Origin: Lytechinus pictus
Taxonomy: Eukaryota
Direction: 5' to 3'
NCBI RefSeq assembly: GCF_037042905.1
Contig: NC_087245.1
Location: 35,404,001 to 35,468,000, forward strand
DNA: 64,000 bases
The position numbers and the translations under genes were made by a program. The notes below the pieces were generated by a model. It had not been told where the DNA came from and ran no database searches. It was given only the letters and a program-made list of their open reading frames with translations. This document shows, piece after piece, positions 49,253 through 63,519 of this stretch. Each line of letters opens with the position of its first letter. The stretch's first letter is position 1.

Positions 49253-50512
49253 CCTTTGAATGACAGTTCCTTTGGCAATATGTATGTCCAGTCAGCCCCC
49301 CACCATGGTCATCCAACTCCTACCAGCCAACAGCAGTACTACTGGCAGAATAGACCCGTTCATGTAGAGCATGGAGGAAGTGCAAGCCCCAAGAACCACC
49401 ATCGGGAGTTCCCTATCGTAGACGGCAAGTTCGTCAACCAGAGCATGGTCAGTCCACAGAGCAGCAGGAGAATGGGTTCCATGATCCAGAGGCCAGTCAC
49501 GATGCATAGTCCACGCCAGAGCCGAAGAGGAGGAGCCCCCCTGCAGCCATCGGGGAGTGTCCTGCAACGGGGTGGAGCTGTCAGGTCCAATGCAAGACCG
49601 ATGTCACCCCAGCAGCCACACCACCAACACCCAAGCAACGGAAGACCCAATGGAAGTCAAGCATATACTGTTCCAATCCATGTGCAGCAGCAGCAGCAGC
49701 ATGATGGATCCTCTTCCGGAAGCAGCAGTCCAGAGCCGAGGAGCGGGATGACCAGTTCCATGAGGAATTTTAATGGTCACCAGACCCCGATCTCTATACC
49801 CATTCAGGTGCTACGTGGTGGGGGCAACCAACAGAATAGTGATTTTCCTCATGTGCCGCCTCCTGTTCCTCCTTACCCTCATGAGAGTCTGATTAGTCAA
49901 AGGGCATCTCAGGCTAATCACCGTGCCCATTCACAAGCTGGTACCAAACCGCAAAGGACCCCGACCGTTGCATCGCCTCAGCTACCGAATGTCAGTGTCT
50001 CTGGAGATCTTCCACAGTTCACCGAAGAAGGGTCATCATCATCATCATCCAGTCAAGAGCGTCACTCCCAGACTCCATCAAGGGGAGGGGGGCAGACGAG
50101 AACAGCGTTCCATGGTGCCCCTCGTAAAGCACATTCACCGCCCAGGACTCAACCGGCAACGCAGCACAAGACGACAAAGACGGCAACGTCAAAGACCATT
50201 GATATCGACCCAAAGCCAGCTACATCCAGTGAAAAAGAAGAGGCTTCACTGCAGCATCCAAAGGAACTAAGGGAAATATTTGACATCATGACCATCATTG
50301 CTCAGCTGGGAAATGAAGTGGATACCTTTCAAGGATCAAAGACTGACCAATCGTATCTGAAACTTGAAGAACTCCTCACTCGCCAAGTACTCCGTCTTGA
50401 CAATATTGATGCACATGGAGATAGCACTGTACGGAATGAACGCAAGAAGGCAGTGCATAAAGCCCAGGGATATCTTGACTTCTTAGAAAAGAAATGCAGT
50501 GGCAATAGCTAG
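49253..50512 (+). CDS. BAG3: BAG3-like co-chaperone, coding exon 2 (IPV-like motifs, Pro-rich region, C-terminal BAG domain)
   Basis: Polypyrimidine-CAG acceptor, phase 0; TVPIHV and ISIPIQV motifs; BAG domain EVDTFQGSKTDQSYLKLEELLTRQVLRLDNIDAHGDSTVRNERKKAV; TAG stop. Additional small exons in the intron cannot be excluded. Confidence 0.92.
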   Translation, partial: PLNDSSFGNMYVQSAPHHGHPTPTSQQQYYWQNRPVHVEHGGSASPKNHHREFPIVDGKFVNQSMVSPQSSRRMGSMIQRPVTMHSPRQSRRGGAPLQPSGSVLQRGGAVRSNARPMSPQQPHHQHPSNGRPNGSQAYTVPIHVQQQQQHDGSSSGSSSPEPRSGMTSSMRNFNGHQTPISIPIQVLRGGGNQQNSDFPHVPPPVPPYPHESLISQRASQANHRAHSQAGTKPQRTPTVASPQLPNVSVSGDLPQFTEEGSSSSSSSQERHSQTPSRGGGQTRTAFHGAPRKAHSPPRTQPATQHKTTKTATSKTIDIDPKPATSSEKEEASLQHPKELREIFDIMTIIAQLGNEVDTFQGSKTDQSYLKLEELLTRQVLRLDNIDAHGDSTVRNERKKAVHKAQGYLDFLEKKCSGNS

Positions 50513-51122
50513 CCTAGCATTTCTTCATCTCTTTTATCAATTTGAATGTAATATATTCTCACATTGTAAATGTGTAAATTTGTTAGTGGCAGTAGTATTT
50601 GATTCTTCGAATTTGAAATTTCGTTCTCAGTTTATTCAGCATTTAGACTGTTTTTGAGTGGATCGGAACTAAGAATAACAATTTGATATTAATACTGAGG
50701 TCATCTCTGTTGTAAATTATTGTTTACATTTGGAAAGAAACCTACAAGTGTGCATGCACAGTCAATTGATGCAATGTGTGCTATGATAGATTGCATACAG
50801 ACTTACTTTAATTACATGTTTATTTTCAACCGCTTTTGGCTTTGCTCCATTTTATTAATCACAGAAACTGCACAAGGGTTTTGGTTTGTACGTTGTAGTT
50901 GCTGTTTTGATTTACATGTGAGTACATAGAGGCTAGACTAGTGAATATGATACAGGTTTGCCAAATCATGGATTGCCTTGAATGTGTTTTGATTAGATGT
51001 AATGGAAACATATCCACGTCAAAGTTATGACATTTTTTAAAGCCTAAATATTGATACCTTAAAACTGCCAAGGAGATTTTATGCTGTCTTTAGAGAGATA
51101 GGCTAATGTATTCATTACAACA

Positions 51123-51127
<5 letters not shown>

Positions 51128-51161
<34 letters not shown>

Positions 51162-51170
51162 TATATATAT
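51128..51170. repeat. (TA)n microsatellite downstream of the BAG3 stop
   Basis: Direct observation. Confidence 0.9.
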
Positions 51171-52818
51171 GATTCTTTTTAATTACTTGACAATCAGTAG
51201 ATGCCACTGAACTCAAGAGCAATATATTAATCTTGAAAGAATAAGAAACACAAATCCCTACCTATTCTAAATTTTCAAAGTTTTTATATTTTGCATCGCT
51301 AACTTTAAACTGCTTGGATTACATGCTGTCATTTGGGTACTTGACTTTGAAGTTCGCACAACTTTTATTTAGGCAGAAATGATGTATTCAACCTGTGTGC
51401 AGAGATCCTTTATATTATTAATCATAGTATTAAAGAAATGTATTCATTATTTATTTATTCTTTCTCTTCATGTACAATTTACAAAGTTATAAAAGAGAGG
51501 TTGTGGTGGCTTTGGGTAATGGATCTACATTTTCATTGAAACATAATAAAAATTGAAGGACTCCATTCAACTTATGACAAAGAAAATAAAGTGGTTCAGG
51601 TAAACAAAAATATGTATTTTTTTTAAAATGGTTCAGGGCTTTTTGAATATATTTTTATGTGCCAAAGTTGACCTTAAATGTCCTACAATTGCAGAGCTCG
51701 AAGTAATCCAATCCAATGCTATGGTTATAGATGGCCTTTTAATTGGCCTCAATGATCTCACATTGGCTTTGGAGATTTGTACTGCCCCTTTTTATTTGAT
51801 TTGAGCTGTAACATGGAAATATGCCCTAAACAAAGGTGGCCTTAATTGCTTAAACGATATTTTAAATCAGAATATAAAGGCTTGTAATTAGAAGCATGAT
51901 AGACCAAAACATGCAAAGCATGTATCTTCCGTCTTTCAAATTGAATTTCATCTTTAGAAGTCGGTGAGATTTCTGTGCTGCAAGGGTTATGCCTGTATTC
52001 AATTTAAACTTCAAAATGATACAGGCCAGTTTGTGTTCATGAACTTCTGTTAAATTTGGATCTTTAATTTGTAGATAATCAAAGTTTTAAGAAGGAATTT
52101 TGTTCTAAGGCTCAATCTGTAGTACAATATGTAGAGGAAGTAATTTATAAGAATGGTTAGCAAAGGAGCTAACAAGGTTATCATGTGTTTGTAAAATATC
52201 CGGATACCTTTAATGGTCAAGGTGTCACCCATGTGACCCTAATCATGTTTTAAGAGATTATACATCCCCTTATTATGGTAGACATGCTAATTGCGTAATT
52301 CCCAATACCCTGTGATAAACAAATTTCAGAGCTTGTACATCATGTCAGTTGTGTCGTAATTCACATAAAATAACACAACAGACATTAGTCTTAGGTGCAA
52401 ACCTTGACTTTTATAAAATGATGTATCCATCATGAATCTACATTGTATTTCAATTGATGAGTTCACCGGGCCACCGAATGTCTGTACATGTGTGTTTGTG
52501 CAAGATGTTATCTCCATGAATTTTCATTGAATGTGTTGTTTTTTGCTTTGTCGTGGTCAGAGAGAATTAAAAAAAACACACCTTTCATGCAGTTAGGCGC
52601 ATATCAGGTACTCATTTCAACAATCTAAAGAAATTTGTCATGGAAAGAGCTGATTAATTTTTTTTTAATAATAAAGAAATATCTGTCAGAATAAGTTATT
52701 AGCATGTCTCCTATTCCAACCTGATATTTTTTTAAAACATGAACTGCTAATTAGTTCCACATTGTGCACACATTGAAGGTCAGATGAGGACTATGTGAGT
52801 GATCAAGCCTGAAATTAA

Positions 52819-53424
52819 AGGTCAAGTCCACCCCAACAAAAAGTTGATTTGAATAAAAAGAGAACAATCCAACGAGCATACCACTGAAAATTTCATCAAA
52901 ATCGGATGTAAAATAAGAAAGTTATGACATTTTAAAGTTTCACTCATAATTTCACAAAACAGTTATATGCACATCCTGTTCGGTATGCAAATGAGGAGAC
53001 TGATGACATCATCCACTCACTATTTCTTTTGTATTTTATTTTATGAAATATGAAATCTTCTAAGTTTCTCCTCATTGTCAAGTGAAACAATGATTAATTC
53101 CTCCCTGAACATGTGGAACTAACATTATTTAATACTATATTGTTCAGTGAAGTTGGTCCTTATTGTCAAATCTGTAAAAAAATGAAATATTGTATAATTC
53201 AAACAATAAAAGACAAAAGAAATAGTGAGTGAGGGACATCAACGACTGTCTCATTTGCATATAACTGAATTGTACATATCACTGTTATGTGAAAAATAAG
53301 CGAGACTTTAAAATGTCATAACTTTCTTATTTTTCATCCGATTTTGATAACATTTTCAGCGTTTTGCTAGTTAGATTTTTCTCTATTTATTCAAATCAAC
53401 AGTTTTCTGGGGTGGACTTGACCT
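52819..53424. mobile_element. Complete Kolobok-like MITE with long TIRs and TTAA TSD
   Basis: TTAA|AGGTCAAGTCCACCCCA ... TGGGGTGGACTTGACCT|TTAA; arms complementary for about 200 bp. Confidence 0.88.
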
Positions 53425-56400
53425 TTAAATGAAATAAGGTTCAACTACAGTAGTTGTAGATTTGAAATGTAAAAGGAGAACTGTAAAAGAGGAGTGCAAT
53501 GTAAAGCTATATCTGTCCATTTGATGGGTCTTTGACAGAATGATAATTGAATTGAGAATACAATCTAATTAAGTTAATTTGTTATTGACAATGTATACAA
53601 CATGGTTGTTTGGCAAGTATTGAAATGAAGGAGTAAAAGACTGTATTTTTATTAGTTGTAAACATGTTTATGTTTGTGTCTTTCTCTTTTGTTTTGTTTC
53701 CTGTGTTTGTTCTTATTCGTATAACTGAATGTACCTCATGACATAATAGGCTATTTCAAATCAAGTTAATGACGGGCATTTAGAATTTGCAAGAAACTCA
53801 ATTTCAAAATTTGACCCAAAATGGGTGTATGCCGGTTTGTAAAATCTCTTCTGCATACTTCAATGGGATACATGTAAAAAGGAAGCAAGTGACAAAATGG
53901 GATTTCTTGTAAGAAATATGTAAATGAAATACTAGTTCTCAAACAAAATGTTTTTCACCATTTATGCTTTTCCTGCCTTATCTAATGTCTCTGAAGTATT
54001 TCAAGAAATTTTCAAATGCTATTGTTGTTTTTGGAACCCATGATGTAGCTGGCAATGAGTGTAGTACTATAAAAAGGTTTTCTTTTCAGTTTTTATTGCA
54101 TTTTCACTTTAGATTTATCCAACACTTGATAGAATTGTAACCCCCCCCAAAAAAAAAAAATGGCGAAGGATGCATCAGTAAATGCGTTACTTTTAGTTAT
54201 CAATGAAATGTTTCTTACTTCCTTCTGTATGAAAGTAATGACAGTCATTGATCTTCATGTACATATTTGACATTTAAAAGGCAAGCTAGGCCTCGGTAGC
54301 ATATACAGTCACACTCAGTGTACTGTATTGAGTATGTGGGTCATATGTGGGTGCCTTCACTGCCTAACCAAGGAAATTCTATTCATTATTCTGGGGCTAT
54401 TGTTGTGTGTCAAAACAAGTGATGCACAAAAGTCATTGTCAATCACCAATATTCATGGCTATTATTATCTTTGACTTTCTGCTGTCACATTGCACCCCCA
54501 AAAATAGTACAAAATTGCAGGCAAGCATTTGGTTATAAGAACTAAATTCAAATTTTCAAGTTTAAGTCTCTTCATGTATTCATTTTGAATTGAGATATAT
54601 ATGATATGAGTCTTTTTTAGAAAGTGAGTCATTTGTTTTAGAATCCCAGGGTTCTCCACACCAAATTAGGGATTTTTGTAATCCTACACAATCTGAAATG
54701 ATTGCATGTCAAACTTGGTCTGTTCACATTACCAGTTTATCATTACTTTGCTTTCCTTTTTATGCATAGTACAGGAAATGTGAACTGGTCCAAACTTGAA
54801 TAAGGGAAGATAAACATGCAGTCAGGTTTATTCACATGTCCAGTTTCTCAGACTTTGTTTTCCTGATTATTCATCGTATAGGCAGTGATAATGTGTCTAA
54901 CCATATTATTTAGTATTGGAAATCCACACCGCGTTTGGATTGTACACATAACGAGTTTCTCAGACTTTGTTTTCCTTATTTGGGGAGAGTAAAATGGTCC
55001 AAATACTCGATCATGTTTGCCTCTTCTAAGTTAAAATAGGGCTTGTATTCTATTCAATACTGAAATTTATGATAGACTTATTTAATGTGGAACTGACCAT
55101 GTTGCTAAAAAAATGTACCCCCTCTCCTAACTTAAATGTATTTTGATCTGTATGCAGTTGCTTTCAGACGAGTGCTACATACATGTACATGTATATTCTT
55201 ATAAACCCAGAGAGCTCTCTGGGTCAGTATATTCCCTTTTCCAAATTGTTTAAAAGCAGAGGGTCTAACAAAGCTTAATTTTACTGTAAACATCTGATCA
55301 TATATGTACATTACATGCATTCTTGCAGGTCATGTCACATAGAATAAGAAAAGACTTTCAAGCTTAAATGTGCAAAAGATGGGCTACCCAAATGTACATC
55401 CTCTCCTCTGGCACTTGTATCTATTTATTTCTATAGGGGAAAATTGTGCCAATTTGTATAAAAAGGTTTGTAAGAAGATGTATAAAAAAAACAAAAGAAA
55501 TATTATGTGTGTATAGTGGCACAACCAAAACTTGATTGTATAGTGTGAATATTTATTTTGTGGGATAGAGACTATATAATAAGTGTACTTCAAGTAAAAT
55601 TGATATTAAATGAAATGAAATCTATATATCTTTGTTTGAAAATATATTTGTCTTGTTCTATGATAAAGTTCTTAGGAGTATTTGATATCGGATTTAAAAA
55701 TTTGCATCCGTCTAAAGAATTTACCTGTAGATAACAAATATTAATCTACAAATAGCCTCCTTGTTATATGATGCTTCTCGAAAAAAAAATGGATTCAGTT
55801 TTTGGGCTTTAAATCTTTCAAAGGGTCTAAATTGAATCTGCAAAACAAATTTGTTGAATTTATGTATATTATATGGCGACTTGACATTTGAACTGGATGA
55901 AAACTTTAAAAAAAAATGTGAACAGTAGGCTTAGTGGCCTACATGTTACCCTTTTATAAAGATTTTAAAAAAATTGAGAAGAATGTGAGTCAGATTTTGG
56001 GTTTTTCCTGTTTCAGAGAAGAGCAGGGGTGGATCCAGCTTTTGCCAAGTGGGGGGGGGGGGGTGGTGGCAATATATTTCCCCCTACATTTCCCCCGATC
56101 GGCCGACTAAAAGCTGACTTTTGATGTTTTAGGTATTCCTAACTAAAGACTGAAGTTCTAAATAGCAATTATATCTTAGCTATGTATTTCATGTGCCCTA
56201 TAATTAAATAATGCGAGCACAAACTGCAAGCTCAGTTTTTTTCTCGAAAATTTCACATATTTTGTCCAGAAAATTAAACGTTCTCAGCAAATTTTGTGAT
56301 CATGAAGAACATGCTTATCTAACCAAATGCAAGTGCTTAGCATGAGGTGATTTTTTTTTTTTTTTAGATTTAGACCAAAAAAACTGGACACTATTCAACT

Positions 56401-58430
56401 TTGTAATCATGGATATGATAGGTATCTTCTTAAATTAATTGTTGAAGCGCAAGCTGAAGATTTGTGATATTCTGAAACTAGACATTTTAGGAACTTTTTT
56501 TATAAGCTGTGAATCTCAATAAACGATGCGAGCGCGAAGCACGAGCTAATTTTTCTTTTTTTTTAGAAGGGGGGGGGGGTTGAAAATCTGTGGTATTTGG
56601 TACTACAAACACGTAATTGGGTTGATTCCTTCCTCAGTTGGATCTTAAATTAAGATAAACCGTAATATCAGATCTATAGAACCCTATTTTTAACTTCACA
56701 TAACTCTCATTGTGGCAGCATTTCCCCCATCTGGTATCCGCCCTTCAAAAACAAAACATCGGGCTAGATACGTCATGATAATGCCCTTCTATAGTTTGAT
56801 ATGCATCCGATATTAATTTCCTTCATACAATATTTCAATACCATGAATTCTTGCATGGGATATCAATATTATCCGAAATATATTTTTAGAGCATAAAGAT
56901 CAAATGAAAATAAGAGAATAGAAAATAGATTTTCCCGATCTGTCCTTATCGTCCCAACTGATCGAGGGAGCTTATTATTTTCATCGACATTTTTTTTGCC
57001 AATCATAATAAGGATTTCTGTAGCTTCTACAAAATAGAAATACTCGCTGGAAATCGCTGATTATTTGTTTCATGAAATGCTCAGAACCTAGTAGTCAATT
57101 GTGGCCTAAATATACAACAACATCCATGAGTAAACTATGTAAACTGACCCAAAATTCTTAAAACTCTCTTATTGAGCAATTCACACGAAACTTCCTGCGG
57201 CAAGACACGGTTATTGTTAATAGAAGAGAGAGGAAATCACAAAATTAATATAGAAAGTATATAGTAAAGAAGGTCACTTTCAGACTGGAGGGTTGCGGTA
57301 TGCGTGGTGAGACACCTTGATCGTCTCCCATGATCCCAGTCTTGTCTGTTGCCATAGCGATCAAAATAAGCTTTGGGTTTTTTTTATTACATTTACCTTT
57401 CTCAACAACAACAACAACAACATTGAATTATGAGGAATAATTTCATTTCCGTTCTTTCTCAACTCTTCCGAAATTTTTATAAGTTATTTCAATCTAAAGT
57501 GCGTGAAAGAAATTACTATATTTGTAATAAAATGGGATCTTAATAAATGAAATAGGTGTTCTCGAGCCCCACCCCTCCCCTGCATGTCACGTGGGCCATT
57601 TTGATTTTTACAAACCATTGCATGCATCTCACTATCCTTGTATATTGCATTCGGTGGGGAGGGGGGGGGGGGGTGTCAAGGGTGTATTGATATACGGGGG
57701 AGGGGCAATACAACTTAAAAATTTCTTCTCATTAGAATAACACAGGGTTACACGACCCATATACCTCTCTCCTTATATTCTTTTTTCTTCCTCCTCCCTC
57801 TCTCCTTCCACTACCACTGAGAAACATGAAAGGGGGCAAATTTGCACCCCTTGTAAGAACCGCCCCGGCTTCCATTGTCACCGTAAACATGCATGTTGTT
57901 TGTTTTTTATCTTATACGTTACCAGACCGTTCCTTGTCGGTCTAGAAATAGACAGCCCCAGAGTAGACCAGGAACACATTTATTTTAGGGAATTGCCAAG
58001 CGTCGGAAGAAAAATATATATACAGCTAGGAAGTTACATGGTTCTTGGCTGCACGTCCCCTGTTTTTTTTTTTCTTGTTTCAGCTCCACAAGGTCTTAAG
58101 ATCTTGATATGAATATATTAGGCATACATCGTTTATTTGAATGGAAACTTTAATAAAAGAATTAACACAAAAGAACCATATATATCAACAATATTAAAAT
58201 CCTGGTACAGATATTCCGTAATTTGTAACCAGGATCGGGATAAGTACGTAACCAAACAATAATATTGATGCAAACGCATGAAATCTTTGGCGACTTCGAC
58301 CTAAAAAATTGTTAATTTTTGTTATGATATGGGTATAAACTATACGTGTGCGTGCAGCTCGAGCTGAGATTTTTTTAATATTCTGACCTGAAAACTTAAC
58401 ATTCTAAGCACTGTTTGTAACCATGATCAG

Positions 58431-58601
58431 GTGGGTGTTTCATAAAGCTGTTCGTAAGTTAAGAGCGACTTAAAGAACGACTGGTGAACCTTACTTACGC
58501 GCTAAACCATCGCCAGTGCAAATATCATTTACCACAAGAAAGGATCACCAGTCGTTCTTAAAGTCGCTCTTAACTTACGAACAGCTTTATGAAACGGCCC
58601 C
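58431..58601. mobile_element. Palindromic PIF/Harbinger-like MITE with CAG TSD
   Basis: CAG|GTGGGTGTTTCATAAAGCTGTTCGTAAGTTAAGAGCGACT ... AGTCGCTCTTAACTTACGAACAGCTTTATGAAACGGCCCC|CAG. Confidence 0.85.
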
Positions 58602-59879
58602 CAGGATGGGTATTTAGCTAAACGATGCAAGCGCGAAGCGCGAGGTGAACAGTTTTGACATTCAGACAAAAAAATGGACAAGTTTATCACATTTTCAGTA
58701 AAGAACAAAGTCCTATACGAACGCTAAATACGAGGTGAAATTCTTGACGATTTGACCTAAAAATTGAACTTTCTAAGCACCTTTGTAATTTTGAACAGAA
58801 AATAGATATGCGAGCGCGAAGCGCGAGCTGAAATTTTTCATATTCCGATCTGAAAAATGGACAGTTTAAGCACTTAAAAAAAATAAAGAGAATGTGTCCA
58901 ATAAACAATTATTGTGAGCTGATTTATTTTTAGGTTTAGAGCACTGGTGTACGGATGGGGATTGGGGGCTCTCGCCCCTCACCCCCCCCAAAAAAAAATC
59001 ACGACCAAGCAAAAAAGAAAAAAGGAAAGAGAGAATGGTGAAATATAATATCATTTTCTGAACTTTATGACAAAACTTATCACAAAATTGGATTTTTGCA
59101 ATAAAAATGTCAAACATTTTTGCTCGCTCGCTTCGCTCGATCGCTTGCAACTTTTCATAAATTTTACACGATAGCCCCCTGATTTTTTGTGTTGCTCATT
59201 ACGCCAATGGTTAATTTAGACCAAAAAATGGGACATTTAATTCGTTCTATTAAAACAGCAGCAGCAGCAGCAACAGCAACACAACAACTTTCCTTATGAA
59301 AACATCAAAACCTGCCAGACAACCTCCAAATGTTCTAATCATATATGCCACAGAATGATAAGGTTAGAAGTGTATGGTTATTTTTCTGATGAGAGACATC
59401 TCCTTGAAAACTGTTCTTAATCCCTTCTGGAATTAGCTACACCACCCTTCTCCTCTCGCAAGCTCATGGATCCCTATTAATAGCGGATTAACTTTCCCTC
59501 CAGCATTTTAGTGCATATTTTTAATCTTGGGTTGAGGAAGAGCGTGGCGGCTAAATTTAGCGCGACGCCCAGATCCTGGCTTGGCATGTCGGGTTCGGGT
59601 TGGGATCTTTCAAGGTTGATAGGAGATTTGAAAATGTCAAAGTTCTTGTATACCGCCATGCTTGCAAGCATGTGTCATCGCATGGTGTATCACTCGAGGC
59701 TGATGATCAATGCAACATCACGTGAGGGAATATGGAATTCGGAAGGGGAATATACACTCCCCCAAAAAAAGAAAACAAAGGGAGAAAACACAAAGTATAT
59801 GATCATGTAGAGATGCTACTTAATATTGTTCAGTCAAAATTAAAGACCATGATAAAATATTTCATAATCAATTGGAATT

Positions 59880-60035
59880 CCAAGAAGAAAAAAAGAAAAA
59901 AAAAGAGAAGAAAAAAAAAAGAAAGTAAGAAAGTAAGAAAGAAAGAAAGAAAGAAATAAAAGAAAGAAAGAACGAAAGAAAAGAAAGAAAAGAAGAAAGA
60001 AAGGAAAGAAAAAAAGAAACAAAGAAAGAAAGAAA
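59880..60035. repeat. (GAAA)n-type purine-rich simple repeat
   Basis: Direct observation. Confidence 0.9.
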
Positions 60036-60080
60036 TGGGAGGGGTGCCGATATCGCATCCACCCTAATTCCTGTCCAATA

Positions 60081-60705
60081 ATTCAATTCAATTCAATTTG
60101 CATTTATTTCATTTTCGATAAAAACAATTATAAAGCAAGGTATGAGAAACAATATATTTACAAGCAAGAGTAAACATGAAAATGAAATGGGGAACTGCAT
60201 AAATAAAGCCAAGTGGCCTTGTGTAAGCGCAGTTCCCAAAACATTAATAACATGACATGGTATAGAGAAACAATAAGATAAAGAATTAAACATGATATAT
60301 AAACAAGAAAAAAATACATTTAAAAAAAACATAAAAAGGTGTCAATCTACAAGACAAAAATAACTATAGATATTTAAGATATAGGAACTGCTTCAATCTT
60401 TTTTTGAATGACCTAACCGACTTGCTTTCAATTACATTTCTAGGGGTGGAGTTCCAAATTACAGGGAAATTATGTCTTACACATTTCATTACGTTATTAG
60501 TTTTAACTGGCCATAGGTGGAATGAATCTTTAAAACGAGTATTGTGATTTTGTATCCGGTGATTAAGGGTAAACATTTTATGGATATTAAGAGGTAGTTT
60601 ATTCTGGAAATAAAAGAAACCAATTAATGCAATAGAAAAATAATACAAATCATAAATGTTAAGAGACTTTATTTTTCGAAACAGTAATAAAACCTGGTTT
60701 ATCAC
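60081..60705 (-). mobile_element. 5'-truncated CR1/L2-group LINE: ORF2 C-terminus, 3' UTR and (GAATT)n tail
   Basis: Peptide LFRKIKSLNIYDLY...HNTR...IWNS.P..VIES.S..SFKKRLKQFL is typical of the CR1/L2-group ORF2 end; followed by a stem-loop (GGGAACTGC..GCAGTTCCC), AATAAA and a TTGAA repeat tail. Confidence 0.85.
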
Positions 60706-63100
60706 ATTTTATGTACTCAATTTTGTTCTGTTGTTTTATTAATGCAAAGTTATACAGAAGATAATAAGTGATATTTGAATAACAAAATGAAATTAAAATT
60801 CCTGATTACAATTATCCGGAATTGAACAGAGAGTATTTATTTCGTTGGTTACAAAAGTAGCACCCTTATAAAGGAAAGAACAATAACGATAAATAAGAAT
60901 AATTGCTAACGATGATGAAAGTTTTGAATATTAGATAAAGACCAGTTAATTTGACCTTGACCTCGCAGTATGTACTTGTTATACAGTCATGTATACACAC
61001 ACATATTTTAGGTTTGTCAAATTTTTCCTGAGCCAAACAACCCTCATTTTGGAGTGAAAAAAAAACAACCCAACTCTCTGTGCAAATCTTTATGAATATT
61101 CAATGAGCAAGCTGATGATGTCATATCCCCATTTATTCGTTTGAAATTTATTACATGAAATTATATTTATTCAAATTTCATCCACCAAGAATGATAAAAA
61201 TTGTCAACTGATTCCTTGCTGCAGCTTATAAAGGGAGACATATACACACTAATTATGATTTCATGTATAAAGGAAAGTGGGGACATGACATCATCAGCAC
61301 ATCACCTAATGAATATTCATGATGACGTGCATAATTATGCATGTAACTGTTTTCACAAAATATCGCTAAAATTTTAATTGAATAACTTCGTTATTTGTTA
61401 TCAGATTTTGATGAAACTTCCAGCGTTATACTCGGTAAATTCCACTCTATTCATTTAGGTATAATCATTTCAAACTCGGATAATCGCTTTGATAGGGTAA
61501 ATTTGAGTTGTTCGAACAATCCATCTCTTTTCATTATTCTTTCTTCCCTTTCTTTGAATTATTTTCCTTTTCTTCTCTACTTGAAAAAGACATAGGGTGA
61601 TCACCCCTACCCCGGCTCTAGCCTCGTCCCTGCATTTTTCAATAAAAGTTTATTTTCTATAACAACATATTATTCTTAATATAAGAATCCGACTAATATG
61701 TTGATCAACAGGTGCTTACGACTTCACTGGCGGATGTAATTGAAATTCCAACCAAAATCTACAAACCCTGGGCTACAAACCTACACAAACACTAGTTCAC
61801 CTCTATGAATTCACGAACGGAATCAATAGGGGCAATGATCGCAGATTTGGCAAACCAGACTATATAATTCTGGCGCTTCGCCATTGCTTTGCAAAATAAT
61901 ATGACGTCAATAAATTTCAGAGCAAGTGGAATTAATTTCCTAGGGGAAAATAAACATAATAGCCATTAATGAAACCCACTATTGATGTATCGTTGGATAT
62001 TCAATAATCTTATTAACACATACAAATGAAATGTAAAGCTAATTTAGTAAATTTTAATTCCTATAATACCACAATCTTAAGTTTAGCATTGACTGTAATA
62101 CGGTTGTGGTTACCATTTAGATGATCTGTGAGAATAATATTGATGGAGGGCTTCAAAAGATTACTGTTGTCGCAAATTTCTTGCGAAAATAAAAGTCCAG
62201 TTTCCTGTCAAAACTGACACCATATGCCCAATGAAATAGATGTCATAGCAATAAACCTGAAAAGAAAACCATTTTTTTGGGGGGGGGGGGGTCGCCTCTA
62301 CTAGTTTAATGAAATGTCTGTCGACAAAATTTTCCATGTACAGTATATTTAAGGGGTAGTCCGTGCTAAAAATAGTTCTATCTCAATAAAAAGAGGAAAC
62401 TTTATTCATCAAAATTTTATAACCAGAACAAAGTTATTGAATTTTAAAGTCAATCAATATTTTGCGAAAACAATAATTTGCGATTATTTTGGGAACACGA
62501 CATCATGAATATTCTTTGGGCTGAAAATGCCATGTCCCACTTTTCTTTACCCCATGTTATTAACATGATATCATAATTATTTGATATTTTCATACATGTC
62601 TGTATGATATGTCTCTCTTATAACAAAATAAATTTCATCAAAATCGGATGTAAAATTAGAAAGTTTTGACATTGAAATTTTGCTTATTTTTCACAAAAAA
62701 TACGCAAATGATAGAGACGATGATGTCCCTCACTCACTTTTTTGTTTTATTGTTTGTATTATACAATATTTCAAATTACACATTTGATAATAATGACCAA
62801 CTTGATTGAACCACAAAATTGTAAAAACATTGAAGAAGACTCGCTGACATGATGGACCTAAAAGGTCATACCCTCCATTTAAAGCAATTTCCCAGCCAAA
62901 CGTAACTATGTATAGTGGTTTCAGAGGAGATTGAGATTTATGTTGCTGTCATCGTTGAATGGATGATCCATATCTTATCATATTGCTCCATAATTTAAGC
63001 GATGAGACAAGACAAGACACAAACCGGGTGTAATGCCTCATTCACATGCAGGGTGAAAGCGATTCCAGATCTATGCAGAGATCTCTTCTACGTTAAATCC

Positions 63101-63322
<222 letters not shown>

Positions 63323-63519
63323 TTTTCAATTTTAATTTCATTTCAGTCCGGAAGGAGGTCGTACTATATCCCCCGGAATAATAAGAATAAAGGAAATAAT
63401 TATATAAGCCCCTCTATTTTGGGGAGTGATTGCATATAGGGGTAGGAACATAGGGAAAATTATCATGGTTATTGAAAAGAGACGACAAGAAGGCTTATCT
63501 GCAACTACGCAAATGTTAA

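Noticed and set aside
49850..49880. PPxY motif able to bind the protein's own WW domain
   Set aside because: The sequence is VPPY, not canonical PPxY or LPxY.
49292..50270. Overlapping alternative-frame and antisense ORFs within BAG3 exon 2
   Set aside because: Expected by-products of a GC-richer coding exon; no independent evidence.
57270..57365. Short - strand ATG exon (MATDKTGIMGDDQG...) overlapping an X-box-like GTTGCCATAGCGAT
   Set aside because: Weak donor, no downstream exon found, no recognisable homology.
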